A DNA stretch of 60,797 nt, filler included, from Sphacelaria rigidula (Eukaryota), in NCBI GenBank assembly GCA_964200075.2. It is 5 parts of 5 records of this genome, joined end to end, with 100 filler letters (N's around TTAATTAATTAA, not from the genome) between each part and the next. Parts side by side here need not be neighbours in the genome. Positions count along the whole stretch, not along the records: positions 48,720 to 60,797 come from CAXNAA020004149.1; 4 more parts are not named here. One strand, written 5' to 3'. Below are positions 50,674 to 60,797 of this stretch, piece by piece (within the stretch, counting starts at the first letter, position 1; each line of letters opens with the position of its first letter). The notes below the pieces were generated by a model. It worked only from the letters and a program-made list of their open reading frames with translations. It had not been told where the DNA came from and searched no databases. A program made the translations under genes and the position numbers.

Positions 50674-53600
50674 CCTTCCCCTCCCCGAACGGGTCGAAAA
50701 CGTGCACGGGGGCGATAACCATAAATGCCGTTAGAGCTGATTCCGTGCTGGACGACGTGACTCATTCGGACGTTTTAGCTGATTTCGGGCCACTACACAT
50801 CCCTCATGTGGGCGAAATCGCTACAAACGAGCCCAATAGTGGGATCGCAGCCGGTTTGTCGGACGTTCTCCGGTGCACTTCTTGTGGGGGGGGGGCTATC
50901 TCGGCATAAGTCCTTTCTTCTCCACTTTACCCCCGTCCCTGCCTCTTCTCCCCCCCTGTCCCTCCCGCCTCCCTCGTATGTATTATTTTCCTTTACCTGC
51001 TGCTTCTTCCCTTCTGCTGAATTCAACGACTGTCTCCCTTTGTTCCCCCCTGCTCTAAGTATCGTTGATGCTGGCTGCCGCTGCTCCCGCTGTTGCTGCT
51101 GCTACTCCTGCCGCTGCTTATGCTGCCTGTCCAGGTGGTTGCGGCGCTTGATATCATCATAGAGAAGTTCCAGGATCACATCGCTCCGCATGCCTCGAGG
51201 CTCACCGAGAAACTCACGAAGTGTTTCATCGAATATGCTTCGGTGAGTTGGAGGGTTTACTTGTACAACCGTCGTGCGACCGTTCGGGTGTGACTTATCA
51301 ATCCATCTTCTTGAACGATTCACAGTTCGGACGAATAGTGCGATCCGACCTGAGCTTTAGCGTTTTATTTTGTAAGCATGATGTGAAGGAAGCTTTGCAG
51401 TGTCTGTTGGAGACAGATACAATGTTTTCAGAGGAAGGTGCAGCTTGCACCGTGTGTCGTCCCGACCGTCCCCCCTTTAGTTTTTGTCCATTAACAGCAG
51501 CCTCAACTTTTGTCCCTTTATCTTGTCTGTCGCAGATGGGAAGCGACGATGACGACTCGGCGCTTGCGGCGGGACAGGTAATCGAAGCCGTTTCCACCGT
51601 CCTGCAGAGCACCAAGTCCATCCCCGAGCTGTTCCCCACCATGGAGGCGCATCTCATGCCCATGCTCGTTCAGGCAAGAGCTGTTTGTCTTGCCGTTGTA
51701 AATCACACATCAAAACGACCCAAACCCATCACAACTAGCCCAATCCCAAGTTGGGGTGGTGAAGAAGAGCGGAACGACCAAAAACCCGTCCCAACTTATC
51801 CACCCCAACCAAACACGTATCATCCAGTAGTATTGCCGACCACGGAATACATTTTTTTGCTTATACATTTGCTGCCGTGTATGTCCGTTGTATGCTTTGT
51901 AGATGTGTATGTAATTTCAAGGGTCGGACGAATGAATGACTCGTCTGAAAATTACTTGATTTTAGTGTCATTGATTCATACCGTACGAATCAATCCTCAG
52001 GCTTTGTTTTCAGTGTTTCATGCTAAGTACGCGCAGCCCAGGCACGTGGAGTGGCGCAGGAACTGCGCTGAGATCTTCTTGACCAGTGGTCGACTTTTTT
52101 TTTCTCTTTCGAGGAACCACGCGAGAATAATCGCGAATTTGGTGATTCGAACCGGCTATGATTCCTCCGAACCGTGGAGTATTGACCTCTCACGCATTTC
52201 ACTGGCTCTGGTGGTGTTGCGTTTGCCTTCACTCTCGTGTATTTCACCCGAGAGAAATAAAGTCCCAATATCTAGCACACGGTGGACAACGAAGATTATA
52301 ATGTCAAATAGTGTACTGCGTAAATTATTCAACCTCTTGTCTACTGCAGTAGACGCAATTGTCGATACTGTACTCAGTACACTTTTTCACCAAGTAATGT
52401 TTTTCCCGGGATGCAATCTGGAACCTCACATGTATCACAAGGGCATACATAGCCTGCGGGATTATGTTCACGGTGGTTCACGGTGGTGAAATTGTGATAT
52501 TTTCGAAGTGAGGAGTAAGATATGTCCTCGATGATTTTTCCACGATATTGGTGAAGGAAGGTCGATCCGAATCATGGTATTGGTTTGTGCGGCGAAAGAA
52601 AAGAAAAAGCTATAATTAGTTTATTTTATGCAGAAGAGTTTTCTTCGTAGACTTCGACTTTTTATCGTTGTAGTCTGGATGGGATGGGTTGCTCAAAGGT
52701 ACCGATGCCGAACATGATTTACCGCATCGGTGAATTAATTCGACGCTAGTAGAATGCCGGGATAAAGTCCCCTGAATGAAAGCTGAAAACTGCACTCGTT
52801 GGACAGCTCATGGGCTACCTTGGATGACCAATCGAAGAACACGCACGTTCAGATCCTTTTTCCAAGAACACTAATGCGTGACAGCAGGGTCCGAGACGTC
52901 AAAGCTCTACCTTTTCGCTAATCCGCGTGCTCGGGTTCCACCGGTGTAGGTAAAAGATGTGGGAAACAAGGCCCAAATGAGCGAGCTTACAATTCGGATC
53001 AATATTTTACTAAGAAAGTGATACTCAGGTAGCTCATGAGCTGTCGCACGTGTGGAAAATTCCACGTTGCACGGATGAGTAATTTCATGAGAGTGCGTCT
53101 CATGTTCTGAACTTATTTCTGTACTGTTTTGGCCGTGGGTGTATTTGTTTCAGATTTATTTCTCACTTTTTTTTCTTTCTGTGAGAGCGTTGTGTGTATA
53201 ATAAGAACGATGGTGCAATTTCGTGTCATTGTGGTGGCTACTCCCTATTTCTTTTCTTGTCGATACAGTAGTGCTTTCTAAAGTTCTCCTTGGTTTGCTC
53301 AACAGCCGGGAGCAGAATTATGTGTAATGGTCGATGTGCTGTGTCCCTGTGAGCCGGAAGATGACATAAATACAGTATATCAGCACTTTCTCGAGTCCCT
53401 CGTTGAGATAGGATGTGGGATTGTGGGATTCGAGCGTCACTGTTGTTTCGAGTTTCCATATATATGTGCACATGTTTCTTGATTTTTCAGGTGCTGTCGT
53501 ACAGACGTCCGCGATATTCTGCGTGGGTCAACAATACCGCAGGTTCATCTGCCACAGAGTTCCGCCAAACCATTGGCGCGTTCGTCTGCCATGACCTGCG

Positions 53601-56600
53601 AAGATAAAAGAGTGTCGGTAAATATAGGAACCGCCGTGTGAAAGGGCGAGTGGTCACACCGCCTTTGTGTACTCGGCGGGTCGAACGCTGTCAACATCTC
53701 TCCAAAGTATGAAACCAGTCCTCAACACTTTTTCGTGTGTGAGTGTGTGAGTGTGGTCTTTGCTACACAGCTCTCCACCGAAGCCAAGTCGACGGAGCCG
53801 GGCATTTTTAGTTTTGTCCTTAATTTTTTTTGTTTTCCATGTCTACTCTGCCTATTCTCACTTCCTGTTTTCTTCAATTTTGTCCATCGAGTGTTTCCAT
53901 TTTGTCTGTCTCGGGTGCGCCTGTCGTGTAGATTATGACCACGGGTGGATATTTTGGGGAATACAGTGAAGGTACGACCATCATGTCAATTCCCCCCCCC
54001 CTTCCCCCCCCCCCTCCCTTCTCCATTTTGGTTTCGCTGCCGATCAGATTTTCAGTGAAGACGGCGAGCTTATGGAATACTTGGAAAACGCCTTGGATGT
54101 CTTGAGCTTCCTTACCTATTACGGGTGAGACTTTTGTCAGAGGCTGCACTATAGCTACACGTTGACCAAAGCTGCTCTTCATTTTATGCTGTCTCGAAAC
54201 TGCATGGCGCGGTTTTGTGTATTGGCTTCACGTCCATCGTATGTAGACGGGGCGCCACACCGCACCGCACCGCACCCACCATACGAATGACTAGATCTCG
54301 GCCCTAATTTTTTCGATGTCGCCGGAATTCGTTCGTTTTTGCGTGCACCAGGCCGGGCATCAGCCCCCAGCTGTGGACTCTGTTTCCGATGCTGTACCGA
54401 TCATGGGATCAGTACGCTTACGACCTTTTATCAAATATGGCGGTGCCCTTGGACAATTACATCAGCCGGGGAACAGATGTGTTTGTGTCGGGCTCCACAC
54501 CGGAAGGGCACAGGTGATGATGCTATTGCTCCCTCTCTGAAGTACACTCCGCCTGCATATTTTTATTTATATATATATTTATATCACGTATGTAAATATA
54601 TACGGTATGTAGTTTTGTCACCTTTGAACCTCTGACCTTCCTTGGGATGGGTCCGTAGTCTAACGGTCTCGAAGGACCAACCCATTTCTCCCTCGGTACA
54701 TGCCTTGCATTTTGGTCTCGCGGATTGGGCCAGCACTCCTGCACCGCGTCAACTCTCGTCAAACGAAATGGAATCAAGTATCTTGCGTTTCATCACGTTC
54801 TCACGCTTCCGACCGTAGTAGTGAGATGCTTCGAAGAGAAAAACCCAAGCCATCAGGAATCGAACCCACTTGACCTTCACCCTAATGGTGGCGGTCGGAT
54901 CGTTTTAATTTACATCACCGGGGCGCAGCGGCTATGTACATACATGTTGCTGGTGTGGATCTTGAGTGGGGTATCTTGAATTGTCAAATGGTCAATGGCT
55001 TTTGTTGCTTTTTGGGTATATGTATATACCACACCCTGGACAACAGATTCTATTGTAAAGAAATCTACTGCGTCCAGTATGAAATCTATTGTCTGCTGTA
55101 ATATGCACAATAGTCAATACTGTACACGGTACACTTCTTGACGGTGTAACCTGCTGTACAGGGTGTGGCATATACGCGGCAGTCTGCTGTGGTTGGTGTC
55201 GTGCGCATGTATTCGTATTTTTGCTTTCCTTTCTTTGAAATAAAAGGGATATACCTCACCCAACACCAACCTCGCAGTCGGGTGCGTGTGCCGATTACTC
55301 GGCGGCTCGGCTAGACCGCCTCGCGGCGGTGACGTAAGGTAGGTACCTCGAGCGTTCCGGAAGCTTTGCTCAAAACCGTATAGGGGTTCAATATACTGAA
55401 ATCCTCCGTCAACTTGGCGCAGTGCACGCGGCGCCCTACTGTCAAGAGCTTCGACCCTAGCCGCATGTGTTTGATGTGCTGTGGTGATGGCTGGTGCTGT
55501 TTTGGATTAGAGGTGGTGCTTTTTCTCCTGGAACGTTGCGAAAGAGGATGTGTGGCGGTGCACACGTGCTGGGTGGGTGATGAGCGGTGCTTCGTTGTTT
55601 GTTTGGCCTGTCGATAATGGATACCGTCGGTATGCACGTGGGAACTTGGGGTGCCGAGTTGTTGTTGTTGTTGTTGTTGTCTTGACATCAAAAACCGTTC
55701 CGATATCTGCACGGTACCTTCGTACTGGGCATCTGATGCGGACGCCTTCCGTGGTCACGGGCTAGCTAAAATACCAATAATAAGGTATGAGGAAATCAAA
55801 CAAAACAAGAATATACAAAAAAAAAGAAGAAGCCCAGATTGAAAACTCACAAAGCAATGGCAATGCACTGCATCGGCAAGAGTGTACTGCGTACAACGTC
55901 GTATCCTCTGTTGAATGCATTGGACGAATAAAGTCGATGCTGCACACAGTTGGCGTTTTGCCGATGCAGTGTATTGTCATTGTTTCACGGTGTGCAAGAA
56001 GCCCACGAGGTGCCCCATGGCTGTGGCACGGGTGGGGAAAGTGTGTGGGGCATCTGCGTTGGGGATTTTCCTGCAGAGTGCGGAAGAATGGATACTGAGA
56101 TTCGATTGATTGTCGAACGATAACATTACAGTGATCCTCTTAGAAGTTAGCCTTGGTTATCATTGATAAACGCAAGACAGGCATACTGTACCCGATGAAA
56201 GGGAAAAACGCTAGCTAGGGGAGCCTCGAAAAGGCGAGAAACATGAGACCAATAGGTTACATGAAAATCTGGCGGGAAATTCCATCGCTTGATGATCGAA
56301 AGATGTTAACAGGAAATTTCAAGTCTTTGCTCGTATCAGGTTTGTGTACCTATCCATGTGTTGAGTCTTCCGGTACGTATCTCTGCTCCCTCGCATCGTT
56401 GGGCAGAAACAATCCAACCCACCGGGATGGCTGATGTGCGTACGAATTCGCGTGGCTGGCAGGTACATCGAAATGGTGCTTGATATGTCGTCCCGAGTGC
56501 TGAAAGACACGAGGCAATCTGAGAAGGAGGCCAAGGTCGCGGCCCAGCTGGTGATGGTCATCTTGCACCACTGCCCAGGACGGGTGGATCACTATCTGCC

Positions 56601-59600
56601 GGCCATGCTGGCGATGCTCAACGACCGCTTGCGAACGGTAGGCAGCTCTTTGTTTGCTTGTTCGTTGTTTTCGCTTTGGAAAAATGCGAAAATCTTGGTA
56701 AGAGGGAGAATCATCCGGTGAAATTCTTTCAAAAAGTGTATCCAGGCAATGAAAATAACGATCGAAGATCCTGTCGTCTACGCCTTTTTTTCTCTCTCTC
56801 GACCGTGGTGGACTTTGGTTGGGCAGTTGATGAGGCTGTGGATGATTCTTCAAAGCTCGCTGCTCACGATGTAGGGGTCGGGGAGTACAATTCTACGGGA
56901 CAGGCTTCCCCGATTGAGTGAGAGGTGCCCAACAGGGAATGTGATCTGTTATCGAGATCCGCCATCAAATCGCATCTTGGGGTTTGTTAGACGGCTAGTG
57001 CTTGCTGTAGGTTGCGTCCCCACCCTACACCCTCCCGGCGGTACTGCCATCAGGATATACAAGCTGAACCTGGACAGGGAGCACTGCCGTAGATAAAGTA
57101 GGCCAACCGTTGCTAAAGCGCCTTGTACCACGCTGGGCGATTTGGGGTGGTTGTTCGTTCAGAGCCGCGTCAAGAACATGGATCAGGAGCCCCCCCCCCC
57201 CTCCCGCAGTAGAGTTTACCGGAGTTGGGCTGCAAATGTTCATGCTTGATATCGCTTGATTCGAGTGTATACACCGAGAATCGGATGTCTAGTAGGGGGT
57301 GACAGTCGCGTGCGCAAAACGCGTTTTCGTTGAAATCGGCGCAAATACCCCGATTTGGGGCTTGACAAGGCCGAGCACGTGCCCTTGCCCGATGGTTGTC
57401 CGTGTAGGTTGGGGTAAGTTAGGGTTGGGAGTAGCGATACTTATAAAATTATGCTAGTCATGGACATTTGTAGCCCAGCACCGGTAAACTAGCGTCCCCC
57501 CTCCCCTCGTGCCTGTGGAATGTAAACGCAGACGGAGTGAAAATGATGAGTAACAAGAGACGGTAGCGAGAAATGATCGCTATACTAGAAGAGAGATAGT
57601 GGCCTCTCCTACATGTGAAATACGATCAAGTCTCTTTCAACAAATCACTTTTGGTTAATTTCAGCTGGGTGAGTCTGACACGCTTTTGTCTGCCGTTCTC
57701 ATCAGGTTTTATGTCAGAGATGTTCAATGCCGTATCTTGTCCTCTTTTTTTAGAACACGGTCCTTGTTTTCATCATGAAATCAAATGTATGACGCGGGAG
57801 CATGTCGCAATTAACTCATAATTGTTTTTTTTTTCTGTCCACTGATGCCTTGAAAAATTATCTTCAAAACCGAGCTTGAAGATCAAAATGAGTGTCAACT
57901 CCAAAGTTGTGCTTTTCCTGACCTGCAGTCATGTCGAATGACTTTTGTATGGACTAACCCATGCCCCCGACCTCCCTGGAAATACGTTTGGGGGTTTACC
58001 ATCTTCCGTTTCCCCAGAGGGTATGTACGAAAGCACCTTTTGACTCCATGTCAGGGTGAAAAAAGGGGCACTTTTGGCCCCGAAAGGGTTTTTTCGCACA
58101 CTACCTTTGAGGGCACGGAAGACGGAAAACCCCAGAAAACAGGTCCCGGGAGGTCGGTGGGCATGAGGTAGTCCATGTGAAGGTCATCTGTAGATAGTTT
58201 AGGTCGTGGGAAGCGCTGTTTCGGAGTTGAAACCCATGTGTATGTTCAACCAATGTTCGAAGATAATCTGCTCCATACCATAAAGCCACCGCGCCCCGGT
58301 GGTGAAATGGTGCGACTGTCGCCGTTAGGGAGGAGAGAACGGGGGTTCGATTCCTGATGCGTTGTTTTTTTCCTTCGTAATGTATGATTCCACCGTGAAA
58401 AGCTTGGAACGTGAGTAAACGAAATAGTCGACTGTGTTTGTGTGATATGAGTTGACGCGGTGCGGGAGTGCTGATGGTCATGACCCAATCCGCGAGACCA
58501 ACATGCAAGGCACGTACCGGGTGAGAGATGGGTTGATCCCTGGAGACCACGAACCCATTCCGAGGAGGGGGGGGGGGTCCAAAATGTGAAGGACAACAAA
58601 AAGGCGGCGACTCGGTGGTGTAAATTAAAATGACCCGACTGTCATCATCATTAGGGTGAGCGTGTTTACAAGGCCACTGTGCCCCTCTCTCGTCGGTATC
58701 TGTGAACCTTGGCTGTGGAGAGAACGTCGGCGCGATTCCCGATGCGTACTTTTTTTCTAGGAAGTATCTGATTTTCCACCGTCAAAAGCGTGTGAGTACG
58801 TGAGTAAGCAAAAAGTCATTGGCTGAGTTTGTTTGACGAGAGTTGACGCGGTGCTGGAGTGCTGACCCGATCCCCGAGACCGAAATGTAAACCGTGTATC
58901 GGGAGGGAGAAGGGTTGATCCCTTGATACCGCGGACTCGTAACGAGGAAGGGAGAAGGGATTGGAAGTCCGACAAAGAAAAGCCAACCCCGATAACCTCC
59001 CTAACCCCTCACCCACTTCCTCATCCGTCGAAGGTTTCTACGCCGGAGCTGAAGTCGGCTATCCTGGAGGCGATCTGTAGTGCATTCTTCTATGACGCGT
59101 CGTCCACGCTGCAGTGGGCGGAATCGAACAACGCCACGCAGGTGAGGCCGCACGCCTGTCCAAGCAGCAGTAGGTGGATGTGTTCTCCCTCACATTCGCA
59201 CAAACGACGTATCGCCAAGGGGTGTCATATATGTATATATCTATTTGTTTTTGCACGACTTTTTGAATTTTTCCGTGAAATTAAAGAAAAAAAATCTCGA
59301 CCTTCACGTCATTAAATTGCTGAAAGAAATCAGATGCTGAAATTTTCGGAGAAATGTGTAGTCTTCAACTGCTCAAAGGGCCTGACCCGATCAAGAAAGC
59401 TGCCATAACTTTTTTCAGGAGAAATATATATACTTATTAGAGCTCGGAAATGGTACCAGTTATAACTGGCCATTATCATTGTACTGGTAATAATGGTAGT
59501 GGTTATATGGAAATTTCTAATGATGGTTTCAAACCATTATTTACCGTTACGGGCTTTATAAGCCGTCACCGGCTACGTATGCTATACGTAGCCCTTGGAA

Positions 59601-60149
59601 ATTGGCCCAATCTGAATGTTTTTTTAGCTCTAGTGAAGCCAAATCACGTGAAATCGTGCCTCCCGCATGGCTCCTCCGGCGGGGAGCCCTCCCGAGGGAG
59701 GCTTTTTGGCTTGCGGCTGCACCGCTCGATGACCAAACCATTGTGTACCATTTTACTGGTTAATGAGAGCACCACGCGTAACCATTCAAGTGGTTGATGG
59801 TTGGACAAACCATTTCCGAGCTCTAATATTTATATATATATATTACCCAGAACTTCGGATATTTCGGGAAAGAATAACAGGCCCCCTTTTTCTGCCTGAG
59901 CAAATGATGCTATCGGAATGTTGCCCATGAATTTCGCCCTGAATCTTGCTTGATGCCGTTGTGTATGTCTCCCGCCATCAGAGTTTCTTGACGGAGACCT
60001 TCGTTGCATTGGAAGCACAGTGCTTCGAGAGCTTGTTGTCGAAGAAGATCGCGGCGTTAGGGCTCACGTCGTTGTTATCGCTCCCGTTCGCCTCGCTGCC
60101 GGCGTCGGTTACCTCCGTCATGCCGCATGCCTTCGGCACTCTCGTTAAC
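50270..60149 (+). CDS. IPO7: Importin-7/8 (SAD2/Nmd5-like importin-beta family), central exons; partial
   Basis: Exons 50270-50425, 51135-51242, 51536-51673, 54048-54124, 54352-54513, 56463-56637, 59034-59141, 59982-60149, all phase-compatible. Peptides LPVQIEAASSLRYL, ILDEYFRIMQEIG, IIEKFQDHIAPHA, LSFLTYYGPGISPQLWTLFP, MAVPLDNYISRG, HCPGRVDHYL, KKIAALGLTSLL. Confidence 0.93.
50631..50906. mobile_element. MITE-like element in an importin intron
   Basis: TGCCGGAATAGCCCCCCC ... GGGGGGGCTATCTCGGCA imperfect TIR, resembling family A ends. Confidence 0.55.
54635..54926 (-). mobile_element. tRNA-derived SINE family 2
   Basis: Reverse complement of the GCGCCCCGGTG head plus the shared body (CACCGCGTCAAC, CACGTTCTCACGCTT). 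Confidence 0.75.
57938..58188. repeat. Degenerate foldback or MITE
   Basis: ATGGACTAACCCATGCCCCCGACCTCCC vs GGGAGGTCGGTGGGCATGAGGTAGTCCAT. Confidence 0.7.
58291..58990 (+). mobile_element. Two tandem copies of tRNA-derived SINE family 2 (58291-58600; about 58608-58990)
   Basis: Both carry GGAGAGAACG, ATTCCACCGT-like, GAGTTGACGCGGTG and GGGTTGATCCC blocks. Confidence 0.78.
59438..59825. mobile_element. hAT-like MITE
   Basis: Perfect 17-bp TIR TAGAGCTCGGAAATGGT / ACCATTTCCGAGCTCTA; 8-bp TSD ATACTTAT / ATATTTAT (7 of 8 match). Confidence 0.85.
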
Positions 60150-60797
60150 GTGAGTTTGTTTCATTCGTCCACTTTTTTTTTTCTCATTTCTTCTCTTCCT
60201 TCCGAGTTCATCTTCTTGTTTTCAGTGCTTTGGTCACTGTTTTCATTATTTTCGTCATTGTTTTTTTTTGGTCGCAATGGGCCCTTGCTTCCGGTGTTTT
60301 CCGTTTTCCACATTTAATTGTTTTACACTTACATTTTTTTTTTCATGGAAGGATTGGACATGTTGGAAGCGGCCGCGATCTTGTGCGTCACCACGACGGA
60401 AGTGCTGGGTAGGGTAAATACCCGGTCACTTACCCTCCCGAATTTTGTGTTGCGATGGTCCGATCCCTGAAATCTATTCAACGAGTGGACGAAGTTAGGT
60501 ACGATCGGATTGGGTCCCTTCTTATAGAGTAAAAAAAAACATGTCTGAGACTCGTCCTTTTAAATCCTTCATCACGGATTAATGGCGGAATGCGGGCCTT
60601 GGCGGATTTGGCCACTCGGAAAGATTTCACGGTTAGGACAAATAAAGATTTACACGAGTCGACTCGCCATGACGCGCAAACAGTTATGCCGTATAAACCG
60701 TAGGTCCCACTGAGTCAAGGGTGGATAACACATATGCACCGCAGTCATCTTGCGCGCAGTGCAGCTGTGAGAAATTTACTCGTGGTTCAGGGCCCAT

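Noticed and set aside
51221-52489. 422-aa ORF
   Set aside because: Chance read-through of intron sequence around the real importin exon 51536-51673.

Overview
Eukaryotic, intron-rich and transposon-rich DNA, most consistent with a brown alga (Phaeophyceae). This is inferred from Ectocarpus-type LRR cap and 72-nt LRR exons and from the LINE family. The window is not one locus. Four 100-nt N/TTAATTAATTAA/N spacers join five pieces of 12081, 12080, 12079, 12079 and 12078 bp, apparently size-sorted unplaced contigs, so nothing should be linked across the spacers. Piece 1 holds a TE nest (degenerate LINE fragments, MITEs, and a 4.1-kb Ty1/copia element with near-identical LTRs but no RT) followed by exons of a DUF7507/DUF11-like Ig-repeat protein. 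Piece 2 is mostly repeats, with a striking pair of abutting long hairpins built from protein-coding sequence (13987-14653). Piece 3 holds a multi-exon minus-strand gene for an uncharacterised protein. Piece 4 holds a plus-strand gene with an internal LRR cap and two 72-nt LRR exons. Piece 5 holds the middle exons of importin-7/8, including a GC-AG intron. All exon calls were made by hand from splice signals and reading-frame phase, without database searches.
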